DNA of 50,589 nt from Minisyncoccota bacterium. Its GTDB lineage: Bacteria > Patescibacteriota > Minisyncoccia > Phycocordibacterales > UBA9973. This document shows positions 20,182 to 30,049 of the stretch, piece by piece. Numbering within the stretch: position 1 is the first letter of the stretch; each line of letters begins with the position of its first letter. The notes beneath the pieces are model-generated. The model made no database searches, was not told the DNA's origin, and saw only the letters and a list, made by a program, of their open reading frames with translations. The stretch spans positions 1-50,589 of the forward strand of contig JAIPHX010000001.1 in assembly GCA_021734995.1 (NCBI GenBank). Direction: 5' to 3'. A program made the translations under genes and the position numbers.

Positions 20182-22017
20182 ATGGGAATATTAGATTCAC
20201 TTTTTAAAAAAAATAAAGAAAAAGAAGAAGAAACAAACATTTCTATAAAACCAGTATTGCCTGAAGAAATATACGAATCAGCAAGAATGGAATTACAAGA
20301 TATTATTGCTCCTTCTGCTTTAAAAATAGAGCCAAAGTCCATCAATCTTGGAGACAAAATAGCTCGTACTTTTTTTATTATTTCATATCCAAAGTTTTTA
20401 TCTGAAGATTGGTTTTCTCCAATTATCAATCTAGACCAAATCTTTGATGTTTCCATTTTTATCCAACCAATGGATACCTCTCTGGCTTTAAGACAATTTC
20501 AAAAAAAAGTAGCCGAAGTCCAGAGTCAAATAAACACAAGGGAAGCAAAAGGAGTAGTGAGAGATCCAATGCTTGATACTGCATATAGAGACCTAGAGGA
20601 ACTAAGAGACAATCTAATCCAAGCCCAAGAAAAACTCTTTGATGTGTCGGTCTACATAACAGTATATGCAGACAACAATTTAGAGTTGTTCAAAATAGAA
20701 AGCGAAATCAAATCTATCTTAGAATCAAGACTCATCTATATCAAGCCAGCACTATTCCAACAAGAAGATGGTTTCAAAAGTGTTATTCCTTTAGGAAATG
20801 ATCTATTGTCTGTTACCCAAAAACTCAACTCCCAGCCACTTTCCAGCATCTTTCCGTTTGTGTCGTTTGACCTTACTTCTGATAAAGGTATTTTGTATGG
20901 AGTAAATAGACATAATTCTAGCTTAGTAATTTTTGATAGATTTTCTTTGGAAAATTACAACTCTGTTACTTTTGCAAAATCTGGGTCTGGGAAAAGTTAT
21001 GCTACAAAGCTAGAAATCCTTCGTTCATTGATGTTTGATACTGATGTTATTGTTATAGACCCAGAAAAAGAATACGAATACTTAGCTGAAGCTGTGGGTG
21101 GTAGATATTTCAATATATCTTTGTCTTCTGATCACCATATAAATCCATTTGATTTACCTATCCCAAACGATGATGAGTCCGCAGAAGACGTATTGAGGTC
21201 AAACATAATCAATCTTGTAGGATTGTTTAGATTGATGTTGGGTGGTCTAACACCAGAAGAAGATGCTTTGGTGGATAGAGCAATATCAGAAACTTATGCA
21301 TTAAAAGATATTACTCCTGAATCAAACTTTGAAAATATAGAACCTCCATTATTGTCTGATTTTGAAATGGTATTAGGGGGAATGGAGGGGAGTGAATCTG
21401 TAATGCAAAGATTAGTAAAATATACCAAGGGTTCTTGGGCTACTTTTTTAAACAAGCCTTCAAATGTAGATATCAATAAAAAGTTTGTAGTTTTTTCCGT
21501 TCGTGATATGGAAAATGAACTAAAGCCTGTAGCAATGTATATTGTTATGCATTACATTTGGACTGCAGTTCGTAAAAATTTGAAAAAGAGATTGTTGGTG
21601 GTGGACGAAGCTTGGTGGATGATGAAATCTGAAGATACCGCTTCTTTTTTGTTTTCTTTAGCTAAAAGAGGAAGAAAATACTACCTAGGCCTAGCTACAA
21701 TAACTCAAGATGTAGGGGATTTTATGAAATCTCCTTATGGAATACCTATTATTACAAACTCTTCTATCCAGTTACTCCTAAAACAATCCCCAACCACAGT
21801 AGATACCCTTGTAAAAACATTCAACCTAACTGAATCAGAAAAGTATTTGATGCTTGAATCAGGGGTAGGGGAAGGTATTTTCTTTGCTGGACTTAAACAT
21901 GTAGCTATAAAAATCATTGCCTCATATACAGAAGACCAGATAATCACCTCTGATCCGTCCCAAATACTTTCTATCCGTAAAGCTAAAGAAGATTTAGAAG
22001 AATCTGAAAAAAAATAG
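20182..22017 (+). CDS. virB4: VirB4/TraC-like type IV secretion ATPase
   Basis: Walker A AKSGSGKS, VIDPEKEY, INPFDL, Walker B LVVDEAW and KRGRKY..GL..ITQ motifs. Confidence 0.9.
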   Translation: MGILDSLFKKNKEKEEETNISIKPVLPEEIYESARMELQDIIAPSALKIEPKSINLGDKIARTFFIISYPKFLSEDWFSPIINLDQIFDVSIFIQPMDTSLALRQFQKKVAEVQSQINTREAKGVVRDPMLDTAYRDLEELRDNLIQAQEKLFDVSVYITVYADNNLELFKIESEIKSILESRLIYIKPALFQQEDGFKSVIPLGNDLLSVTQKLNSQPLSSIFPFVSFDLTSDKGILYGVNRHNSSLVIFDRFSLENYNSVTFAKSGSGKSYATKLEILRSLMFDTDVIVIDPEKEYEYLAEAVGGRYFNISLSSDHHINPFDLPIPNDDESAEDVLRSNIINLVGLFRLMLGGLTPEEDALVDRAISETYALKDITPESNFENIEPPLLSDFEMVLGGMEGSESVMQRLVKYTKGSWATFLNKPSNVDINKKFVVFSVRDMENELKPVAMYIVMHYIWTAVRKNLKKRLLVVDEAWWMMKSEDTASFLFSLAKRGRKYYLGLATITQDVGDFMKSPYGIPIITNSSIQLLLKQSPTTVDTLVKTFNLTESEKYLMLESGVGEGIFFAGLKHVAIKIIASYTEDQIITSDPSQILSIRKAKEDLEESEKK

Positions 22018-22051
22018 GTTTTTTATTTTATAAAAATGTTATAATAAAAAG

Positions 22052-23038
22052 GTGAATATTTTTAAAAAAATATCAATAATCTTAATTATCTCTTTTTGTT
22101 TTTTGGGGGTGCAGACAAACGCTCAAATGAGTGAAGCTGATGTTATTTTAAACATCCTTCCTTCAAATCCTGCTCCAAACCAAAATATCAAAGCTTTTAT
22201 AACTAGCAGATTTATTGATCTAAATAAATCTTTAATAATCTGGAGTATTGATGGTCAAAATGTTGCTACTGGTATTGGTAAAAAGGAAATATCTTTTAAT
22301 TCTGGCAACATTGGAAATGTCACAAACATATCAGCTAGTGTTGAAACTATAGGCGGAGCATCTATCCAAAAAACTCTTTCCGTTAGAACACTAGAGATTG
22401 ATCTTTTGTGGGAGGCTCCAAGTTCTTATGTCCCACCTTTTTATAAAGGGAAAAAACTAGCTGTAAATCAAGCAGAGTTAAAGGTTGTAGCACTCCCTTC
22501 ATTTGGCTCTGGAAATAGTGCTACCCTTCTTAAAAACCTATCTTATACATGGTCATTGGCTGGTAGTATCCAACCCCAAAATTCTGGTTGGGGTAAAAAC
22601 TTTATGATTTTTACCCCAAGTTATTTAGATTTTGAAAATGAGATACTTGTAAAAGCTTCTGACATAAACAACACAACGAGAGTTGAAAACACCATACTGG
22701 TACCTACATATAATACAAAAATTCTTTTTTATGAAAAAGATCGTAAACTTGGTGTAAAATGGGACAATGCGATAAGTGATAACTTTTTTATAAATCCAGA
22801 AGGATCAATATTGATTGTAGAGCCTTATTTTTTTTCAATAAAAGACTCTGATTTGAAAGACCCCAATTTGTTAATAAACTGGTTTATAAATGGAAACACA
22901 GCGTCGACATCTGAAAACAAAAATATTCTTTCTGTTAAGCCCGAACAACAAGAAGGTGAGGCTTTAATCAAAGTACATATAGAAAACAGTAAAACATTAT
23001 TCCAAGAACGTGAAAAAAATTTAAAAGTAGTCTTTTAA
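22052..23038 (+). CDS. Secreted beta-rich (Ig-like) hypothetical protein
   Basis: GTG start 6 nt after TGTTATAAT (22037-22045); signal peptide; WEA.SYVPPFYKGK motif. Confidence 0.78.
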   Translation: MNIFKKISIILIISFCFLGVQTNAQMSEADVILNILPSNPAPNQNIKAFITSRFIDLNKSLIIWSIDGQNVATGIGKKEISFNSGNIGNVTNISASVETIGGASIQKTLSVRTLEIDLLWEAPSSYVPPFYKGKKLAVNQAELKVVALPSFGSGNSATLLKNLSYTWSLAGSIQPQNSGWGKNFMIFTPSYLDFENEILVKASDINNTTRVENTILVPTYNTKILFYEKDRKLGVKWDNAISDNFFINPEGSILIVEPYFFSIKDSDLKDPNLLINWFINGNTASTSENKNILSVKPEQQEGEALIKVHIENSKTLFQEREKNLKVVF

Positions 23039-23043
23039 TAAAA

Positions 23044-24894
23044 ATGCAAAGAAACAAATTAAAAAATATTATAGCGATAACACTTATTTGTTTTTTTGTA
23101 AGTCTTTTTGTTCAGATAAATATTATATTTGCTGAGAGTTGGAGTTTTTCAGGGATACCTTCAAAAACAGAATATGGGTTGCTTGGTGAAAATCCTCCAG
23201 TTTTAACAATTCTTGCAGAAACAACAAGTGAAGTATCTGGGATTATGAACAATCGACATGGAAGTGCAAATGTTTTCTTTAAGGAAACAAGTGGCGCTTG
23301 GACTCAGATAATTGAAAACACTAAAACGTGCAACATGATTCCAAACCCAACAAATCCAAAAATAGGGTCATGCACCATTCAACTACTCCCTGTGTCAAAA
23401 AGTGGTCAGTATAAAGTAAATTATACTATAATAAACCTTGGCCTTACGGAAAAATCTTTTGAATACAGAGTTGTCAACAACAGAATGGCCATTCAAATCA
23501 TAGGCTACCCAGAGTCAAAAGAAATAAAAATACCTCCAGGCTCAGAAGTGACCTTAAAAGCAATATGGAAAAAAAATACTTTCTCAAACTTCCACCCAAC
23601 AATGACTGAAGGAAATATTGATATTGAAATAACCCCAAAACCTAAAGACCTCCCAGATTTATTTTATGAGTCTTGCAAAATTAAAGTAAAAGAAGATTCC
23701 ACATGTTCCAAAAATTTCAAAACATCAGAAATTGAAACTTTCACAATACAAGCTCGCAATTCATTTATGCTAGCTCCAGACGATAAAGGAGATATAAGAT
23801 CTCACAACGTCTATTCTGACCCAATAAAAATAACAACAATGGAAGATGCTGAGCCGGTAAATCTGGTTTTGGGTGATCAAATACTATCTCAAAAAACAAC
23901 AGACACAGAGTATGTACTCTTGGAGCCTTTAGGGTCTTTTACTACTTTTAATACAGAGGAAAAATGTGCCCTAGCGAGATATTTAAATATAATGTTTAAA
24001 ATCATTATTGGTATATCTGCCACATTGGCGGTGGTAATGCTTGTATATGGGGGGATAGAATACATAAAGTCTGCATCTATTTCAGAAAAATCTAGTGGTA
24101 AGGATATTATAGTGAACGCAATGCTGGGTATGGTAATACTACTTGGGTCAGTGTTATTACTAAAAACAATCAATCCGCAACTTCTAAACATGTGTCCACA
24201 CATGGAAGATGTAACTATGGTTATTAAGAGTGCTGAAACGGGGCAACAGTTTTTTTTAGCGTCTAAAAAAGATCCTGTATTCAAAAGAACAAAACATTAT
24301 GACCGAGTAAAAGAATTAGCTAAAGACTACACTATTCCTGAATGTTTGTTACAAGTAGCAGTACAAAGAGAATCTCGTGGAAACCCAGAGGCTATTGGAC
24401 ACGATGAAGATGTACCTTCTGAAGGAATAGGTGCAAGAAATGCTTTTATAAAATCTGGAAAAAAATTTTTGGGTGGTTCTTTTGAATTTACAGGAACTAA
24501 CGAACAATTAATAATAAAAAAAGAACTTCAAAACGATGACCATACAAGAAAGCCAGGAGAAGATCTATTGGGGGTAGACCCAAGATTTTCTCATGGTTTT
24601 GGCTTATTACAAGTAACTTTTTTCCCCAACAACCATAAACATGGACCTAAATACAGAGATGGGATAACATTAAAGAGTGGACGTATTATTAAACCAAAAG
24701 ATCTTATGGAGGCAGAAATAGCTTTACAGGCCGGAGCAAAAATTATGAAAGATTTTTACAAACAGTGCGGAGGAGATATTTTAAAAACTTTCACAGCATA
24801 TGGTTCTGGCGGTTGCATTAGTGATAATATTTTTATACTAAAAGAAGCTCCAGATAGATTAAAACTATATAATCAATGCTTAAAACAACTATAA
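23044..24894 (+). CDS. Pilin (TrbC/VirB2-like) fused to a C-terminal lytic transglycosylase (SLT-like) domain
   Basis: Pilin hairpin LAVVMLVYGGIEY...IVNAMLGMVILLGS.LLL.TINPQL; lysozyme-fold motifs QRESRGNPEA, GFGLLQV, AGAKIM and TAYGSG. Confidence 0.8.
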   Translation: MQRNKLKNIIAITLICFFVSLFVQINIIFAESWSFSGIPSKTEYGLLGENPPVLTILAETTSEVSGIMNNRHGSANVFFKETSGAWTQIIENTKTCNMIPNPTNPKIGSCTIQLLPVSKSGQYKVNYTIINLGLTEKSFEYRVVNNRMAIQIIGYPESKEIKIPPGSEVTLKAIWKKNTFSNFHPTMTEGNIDIEITPKPKDLPDLFYESCKIKVKEDSTCSKNFKTSEIETFTIQARNSFMLAPDDKGDIRSHNVYSDPIKITTMEDAEPVNLVLGDQILSQKTTDTEYVLLEPLGSFTTFNTEEKCALARYLNIMFKIIIGISATLAVVMLVYGGIEYIKSASISEKSSGKDIIVNAMLGMVILLGSVLLLKTINPQLLNMCPHMEDVTMVIKSAETGQQFFLASKKDPVFKRTKHYDRVKELAKDYTIPECLLQVAVQRESRGNPEAIGHDEDVPSEGIGARNAFIKSGKKFLGGSFEFTGTNEQLIIKKELQNDDHTRKPGEDLLGVDPRFSHGFGLLQVTFFPNNHKHGPKYRDGITLKSGRIIKPKDLMEAEIALQAGAKIMKDFYKQCGGDILKTFTAYGSGGCISDNIFILKEAPDRLKLYNQCLKQL

Positions 24895-24895
24895 A

Positions 24896-26155
24896 ATGCA
24901 AAACAGAAACATTATATTATTTACAATAGGTCTCGCAATATTAGCTTCAATAGTCTTGGGCTATATGTATTTCTCTGGTAGTTTCAAGTCTCCAGAATCC
25001 ACCCCCACAAATAACAACTTTATCTCCAACCTTTGGCCGTTTAGCAAAGACTCTGGCTCTGATGGAGAGGGAACCAACACTACAGATATCTCTGGATACC
25101 AACCAACCCCAAAAACAGAAGATGTGAAATCCAAGCTAACAAAAATATCAAATATGCCTATTGCTGGGTATGGAGTATTCGCCAAAGAAAGATATGGTGA
25201 AGAAGAAATAGAGATGGCCACACAAATACGTTATGCAGAAAGAATAAATGGAAATATCTATCAGACCTTTTCTGACAAAATAGATGAGCGAAAATTCTCT
25301 TCTACCACTATCCCTTCTTTATATGAATCATATTTTGGTAACAATGGAGATAGTGTAATGATGCGTTATTTATCTTCAGACGGAAAAACAATCCAAACAT
25401 ATCTTGGAACACTTCAATCAGAACTCCTTGGAGCAGATATAGATACGGAAAACAATATTACGGGTGCATATCTTCCTGAAGATGTATCTGAGGTAGCTTT
25501 GTCTCCAGACAAAACAAAAATGTTTTACTTGGCACCTGTGGGTGATGGGGTAGTGGGAGTAATAGCAAAAATGTCAGGAGAAGGGAAGGAGCAAGTGTTT
25601 GATTCTCCGTTCACAGAATGGCTTGTGGGTTGGCCAAACGACAGAATGATTACTCTTACCACTAAGCCATCATATTTAGTGCAAGGATTTATGTATTACC
25701 TTGACCCATTAAACAAAGAATTTGGTAAAATCATAAGTGGTATAAATGGTCTTACTACTCTTTCTAGTCCTGGAGGAAGACTGATATTATATGCAGACAA
25801 CAATTTAAACTTAAAAATAATAGATAGAATTTCAAAAGAGGTCAAAAGCACTACTGTCCAAACCCTCCCAGAAAAGTGTGTCTGGAACAAAATGAGTGAT
25901 TATATATACTGTGCTGTTCCTACTGTTTCCTATGGTAGCAATCAACCTGACTCTTGGTACCAGGGAGAAATATCATTCAATGACTCCATTTGGAAAATAG
26001 AGTCCGCTACTGGTCTAGCTTACCTTGTTTCCGATATTCTTACAGAGTTTGGTGAATCTATGGATGCAACATTTCTACAATTAGACGAGGCAGAGCAAAG
26101 TATTTTTTTCATCAACAAAAAAGATTCCATTTTGTGGAAGCTTGATTTGGAATAG
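24896..26155 (+). CDS. Membrane-anchored beta-propeller-like protein
   Basis: N-terminal TM helix; LSPDKTKMFYL and TLPEKCVW....IYCAVP motifs. Confidence 0.75.
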   Translation: MQNRNIILFTIGLAILASIVLGYMYFSGSFKSPESTPTNNNFISNLWPFSKDSGSDGEGTNTTDISGYQPTPKTEDVKSKLTKISNMPIAGYGVFAKERYGEEEIEMATQIRYAERINGNIYQTFSDKIDERKFSSTTIPSLYESYFGNNGDSVMMRYLSSDGKTIQTYLGTLQSELLGADIDTENNITGAYLPEDVSEVALSPDKTKMFYLAPVGDGVVGVIAKMSGEGKEQVFDSPFTEWLVGWPNDRMITLTTKPSYLVQGFMYYLDPLNKEFGKIISGINGLTTLSSPGGRLILYADNNLNLKIIDRISKEVKSTTVQTLPEKCVWNKMSDYIYCAVPTVSYGSNQPDSWYQGEISFNDSIWKIESATGLAYLVSDILTEFGESMDATFLQLDEAEQSIFFINKKDSILWKLDLE

Positions 26156-26188
26156 GGGATAATGTTTTTCCCACGCATTATTCTCATT

Positions 26189-26218
26189 AAAAAAAAGTGC
26201 CTATCAAGGCACTTTTTT
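26189..26218. terminator. Bidirectional intrinsic terminator
   Basis: AAAAAAGTGCCT-ATCA-AGGCACTTTTTT between convergent genes. Confidence 0.88.
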
Positions 26219-26294
26219 GTATTGTAAAACATTTTATTTAAAAAAATACATAATTCTATAACAAAAAAAATGGTAACTGGAGAGTTTTGTAATA

Positions 26295-26795
26295 TTAGAT
26301 TCCTCCTTTGTATTTTATTACAACCCTGCGATCTCTACCAAAACCCTGTGATTCTGTATCTAAATCTTCTTCTTCAGACAAAAATTCATGTATTACTCTG
26401 CGTTCAAAAGAAGACATTGGATCCATTTCAATATTTGATTTAAAATATCTAGCTCTTTCAGCCATCATGTGTGCTACTGAGCGAACAGTTTCTATTTTCT
26501 TTTTTTGAAAGTCATTTATATCAACAATAACATTTATAAAAGCTCGTTCGTTGTTCTCACCTTCATTTTGTTCTTCTTTGTTTGTGTATTTATTTTCTAC
26601 AATTCTTCTCACAATATGATTCAAAGCAGAAACACCTTCTCCACCTCTATCTAAAAAGAGGGGATAATCTTTTACATTCAAAGAGAAACCATAGGGTCCA
26701 AAAAGATCTTCTTTGGCATGGTCTATTTCTAAAACCTCAAGATTAGCCTTATCTAAAATGTCTTTTATTAAGTTTTTAATCTCGTTTTTATCCAT
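26295..26795 (-). CDS. jag: Jag/KhpB-like RNA-binding protein (KH + R3H, no Jag_N domain)
   Basis: PMSSFERRVIH R3H motif; TESQG...DRRVVI; downstream of yidC. Confidence 0.88.
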   Translation of the reverse strand: MDKNEIKNLIKDILDKANLEVLEIDHAKEDLFGPYGFSLNVKDYPLFLDRGGEGVSALNHIVRRIVENKYTNKEEQNEGENNERAFINVIVDINDFQKKKIETVRSVAHMMAERARYFKSNIEMDPMSSFERRVIHEFLSEEEDLDTESQGFGRDRRVVIKYKGGI

Positions 26796-26804
26796 ATTGT
26801 TGTT

Positions 26805-27545
26805 TTAAACAGCTTTTTGTAAATCTTTAGTCTTACTCTGCTTCTCTGCATATAACTGCTGACCTATACTAAAGATATTACTCGTAATCCAATATAATGC
26901 AACTGCTCCAGAAATACTATATGCAATAAAGGTTATAACCACAGGAAAAACATACTTCATTTGTAGTTGCATACTTTTGGCCAAACTTTCCTGAAAAGAC
27001 ATCTTTTCTGAAAAAGCAGGGCTTTTAATTGTTGCCTTTGGCATAAAATGAGCTTGAAAGTATTGAGAAGCTCCTGCTAAAAGAGCCAAAACTATACTTT
27101 TTCCTCCAATGTCTATAAGCCCAAGGAATTGCATATTGATGTTTTCTGGTTGTTTTATAAAAGAATAGAGCAAAGATGAGTCAAAACTTAAACCCTTGAA
27201 GAAAACATAATACAGAGCAAAAATGATAGGGATTTGCACCAACACAAGAAGACATCCAGAAAATGGATTTACTTTATTGTCTTTATAGAGTTGCATAGTC
27301 ATTTTGGCTTGTTCTTCTTTTGACTTACCACTATTTTTTATTTCAGCCAGCTGTGGCTCAAGCTTTTTCATTTCTGCCTGACTAACAATGGACTTGTGTG
27401 ATAGGGGAGACAATACAAGTTTTACTAAGATTGTAAGAATAATAATAGCAATACCAATATCTGCACCAGGAATAACAGAGACCAAGAAAGCAAGTGAGTT
27501 TATTAATGGCTTATATAAAGCAACGTCCCAAATATTATGTAACAT
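26805..27545 (-). CDS. yidC: Membrane protein insertase YidC (short form)
   Basis: GIAIIILTILVKL, KVNPFSGCL..LVQIPI and ALYW..SN.FSI.QQ motifs. Has its own promoter, TTGGAT-N17-TAAAAT, 6 nt before the ATG. Confidence 0.95.
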   Translation of the reverse strand: MLHNIWDVALYKPLINSLAFLVSVIPGADIGIAIIILTILVKLVLSPLSHKSIVSQAEMKKLEPQLAEIKNSGKSKEEQAKMTMQLYKDNKVNPFSGCLLVLVQIPIIFALYYVFFKGLSFDSSLLYSFIKQPENINMQFLGLIDIGGKSIVLALLAGASQYFQAHFMPKATIKSPAFSEKMSFQESLAKSMQLQMKYVFPVVITFIAYSISGAVALYWITSNIFSIGQQLYAEKQSKTKDLQKAV

Positions 27546-27668
27546 TATTCTATTTTATATGAAAACAACGAAAAATCCAAATTTCCTATATGTTTTGTTT
27601 TGGATATATGCAAAACATATATCATTAATCTTAAAACACAAAAAGCTGTCTCCTTTCTGGACTTCTGC

Positions 27669-27697
27669 TTGCATATAGAAAAAGACTAATATATACT
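27669..27697 (+). promoter_or_regulatory. Sigma70 promoter of rpmH (leaderless)
   Basis: TTGCAT-N17-TATACT, then 6 nt, then ATG 27704. Confidence 0.75.
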
Positions 27698-27703
27698 ACT
27701 CTC

Positions 27704-27838
27704 ATGTCTCAAACATACCAACCTAAAAAAAGAAAAAGAGCCCGAGCTCATGGATTTCTTTCAAGATCCAAGACTAGCACTGGTAAAAGAGTGATTTTAA
27801 AGAGAATGCGTAAGGGTAGAAAAAAACTCACGGTTTAA
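27704..27838 (+). CDS. rpmH: 50S ribosomal protein L34 (missing from the ORF track)
   Basis: Manual translation: [44 protein letters not shown]. Confidence 0.97.
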   Translation: MSQTYQPKKRKRARAHGFLSRSKTSTGKRVILKRMRKGRKKLTV

Positions 27839-28255
27839 ATGTTACCAAAAAAACAAAGAGTAGATAAGAAATCTATAGAAGAGGTGTTCTCCAAAGGCAG
27901 ATTTGTAAATTCTGCCTATTTGTCTTTAAAATACCTTCAAGGCAAAAGCATTGGTGCTTATAAAATATCTTTTGTTGCCCCAAAAGCTGTAGCCAAAAAA
28001 GCGGTGGATAGAAATTTACTAAAAAGAAGGGGTTATTATGTATTGAAGAATTTACTAAGCAAGCCTAAAAGCTTACAAAATAAGAGTTTTACCGAAAAAG
28101 AGGGTATTTTTTTCCTACCCAATGGCTTTGTTGGTGTTTTTGTTTTTAAAAAAAATAGCCTAAATGTCTTTGGTTGTACAAAAAACAAACAAAAAAACCC
28201 TATAAAAAACCTTGAAAATGAGCTTTTGTCAGTTTTGGATAGAATAAGATCATAA
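27839..28255 (+). CDS. rnpA: Ribonuclease P protein component
   Basis: KAVAKKAVDRNLLKRR (RNR-like motif); directly follows rpmH. Confidence 0.92.
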   Translation: MLPKKQRVDKKSIEEVFSKGRFVNSAYLSLKYLQGKSIGAYKISFVAPKAVAKKAVDRNLLKRRGYYVLKNLLSKPKSLQNKSFTEKEGIFFLPNGFVGVFVFKKNSLNVFGCTKNKQKNPIKNLENELLSVLDRIRS

Positions 28256-28287
28256 AAACCTTTGTTTTGTTGGGTTTTACTTAAAAA

Positions 28288-28497
28288 ATGACTAAAATAC
28301 TTATCAAAATTATTAAGTTTTACCAAAAATGGATAACTCCGTTCAGAAAACCTTCCTGTGTCTTTGTTCCTAGTTGTTCACAGTATGCCAAAGAGGCAAT
28401 AAGTAAATACGGGGCTATCAAAGGAGGGTGGCTGGCTGTAAAGAGAATTGTAAGATGTAATCCTTGGCAAAAAAATTTTTTAGATCCAATTCCTTAG
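28288..28497 (+). CDS. yidD: Membrane protein insertion efficiency factor YidD
   Basis: C.F.PSCSQYA.EAI.KYG..KG.WL..KRI.RCNPW motif. Confidence 0.95.
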   Translation: MTKILIKIIKFYQKWITPFRKPSCVFVPSCSQYAKEAISKYGAIKGGWLAVKRIVRCNPWQKNFLDPIP

Positions 28498-28579
28498 TCC
28501 AATACTACAAACAAAGGACGAGATTATAGCGAGGGGTTTTGCAAAAAAACAAGCAAGAGGGGGAAGTGGGTTATTAAGG

Positions 28580-28599
28580 TTATACACAGTTTATTAACA
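28580..28599 (+). promoter_or_regulatory. DnaA boxes upstream of dnaA
   Basis: TTATACACA (28580-28588, consensus TTATNCACA) and degenerate TTATTAACA (28591-28599); TATAAT follows at 28643-28648. Confidence 0.7.
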
Positions 28600-28693
28600 T
28601 ATTTAGTAACTGTTGAAAAATTCTTAATAAAGCCTATGTATAGTATAATTTAAAAATTGTCAGTTATTTATTTTAATCAACAAAATCTACAAG

Positions 28694-30049
28694 ATGGATA
28701 TAAAACAACTATGGAAAAATTGCTTAGCTGAAATAGAGCTAGAAGTATCAAAAGCTACATTTAATACTTGGTTTAAAGGAACTTCTGGTTTAAAAGAAGA
28801 TGCTGGGACTGTTTATATAGGTGTCCCAAATGAATTTGTTAGAGATTGGCTAAAAAATAGGTTCCATAAAGTTATTACAAAAAAAATAGCAGACAATTAT
28901 GAAAATATGAGATCTGTTGAGTATTTAATTGCCAAAATAGACTCTACAAGAAATGAAGATAATACAAGTTCAAAAGAAAACAACACCCAAAAAATAAATA
29001 GAGAGTTACCTCTAAAGGATTTGTATGTCAGTCCGGACGACAACTTAAATCCAAAGTATAGGTTTGATAGCTTTATCGTGGGAACATTCAATGAGCTTGC
29101 TTATGCTGCATCTCAAGCCATAATAGAGAACCCAGGAACAAAATATAATCCATTTTTTGTATATGGAGATACTGGACTTGGAAAAACACACCTACTTCAA
29201 GCAATAGGGAATACAATAAAAGAAAAATACCCAAACAAGAAAGTTTATTATATGACCTTGGAAAAATTTGCAACTGAATTTGTAAATGCAATGCAAAACA
29301 ACAAAGCAAACTCTTTTAAAGAAAAACACAGGAAGTATGATCTTTTAATAATTGATGACATTCAATTTATTGGTAAAATGGAGAAAATTCAGGAGGAGCT
29401 TTTCCACACATTCAACACTTTCTATGAGAACAATAAACAAATTATATTTTCTTCTGACAAACATCCCAATTTCATACCCGAACTAGCAGATAGACTTAAA
29501 ACAAGATTTTCAGCTGGTATGATTGTGGACATTTCTCAGCCCGATGTGGAGTCCAGAATGGCTATTGTTAAAATGAAACTAAAAGAGTCTGGGGTTGATA
29601 TTGATAATTCTGTGTTGGAATATATAGCTCATTCTTTTCAGGATAGTATCAGAGAGCTTGAGGGAAGTTTAAATAGTATTGTTTGTCATTATCAAATAAA
29701 AAACAAACCTATAACCCTTACTGATGTAAAAAACCTTATAAAAAACAACATCAAACCAAAGAAAAATGTTTCGGTTGATGATGTCGTAAAAATTGTAAGT
29801 GAACACTTCAACTTAGACCAAGCTTCTATATATGAAAAAACAAGAAGAAAAGAGATAGTAAAAGCAAGACAGATTGTAATGTATTTATTAAGAGAAGATT
29901 TTAATGTTTCTTATCCAACAATAGGACAAAAACTAGGGGGAAAAGACCATACCACAGTAATACACTCTTACGATAAGATAAAAAAAGATTTAAAAATAGA
30001 TCCACAACTTATTCAAGAAATAGAAAATATAAGAATTATGTTTAAATAG
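28694..30049 (+). CDS. dnaA: Chromosomal replication initiator DnaA
   Basis: YNPFFVYGDTGLGKTHL, IDDIQF, RELEG and GGKDHTTVIH motifs. Confidence 0.98.
   Translation: MDIKQLWKNCLAEIELEVSKATFNTWFKGTSGLKEDAGTVYIGVPNEFVRDWLKNRFHKVITKKIADNYENMRSVEYLIAKIDSTRNEDNTSSKENNTQKINRELPLKDLYVSPDDNLNPKYRFDSFIVGTFNELAYAASQAIIENPGTKYNPFFVYGDTGLGKTHLLQAIGNTIKEKYPNKKVYYMTLEKFATEFVNAMQNNKANSFKEKHRKYDLLIIDDIQFIGKMEKIQEELFHTFNTFYENNKQIIFSSDKHPNFIPELADRLKTRFSAGMIVDISQPDVESRMAIVKMKLKESGVDIDNSVLEYIAHSFQDSIRELEGSLNSIVCHYQIKNKPITLTDVKNLIKNNIKPKKNVSVDDVVKIVSEHFNLDQASIYEKTRRKEIVKARQIVMYLLREDFNVSYPTIGQKLGGKDHTTVIHSYDKIKKDLKIDPQLIQEIENIRIMFK

Noticed and set aside
8051-26155. Integrative conjugative element or prophage
   Set aside because: No integrase, relaxase, att repeats or phage structural genes; the cluster is flanked by housekeeping genes.
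27586-27623. Palindromes (GATATATG-CAAAA-CATATATC) and an 8-bp TGCAAAAC/GTTTTGCA pair as invertase sites for the rpmH block
   Set aside because: Too short and AT-rich to be significant, and no invertase is nearby.
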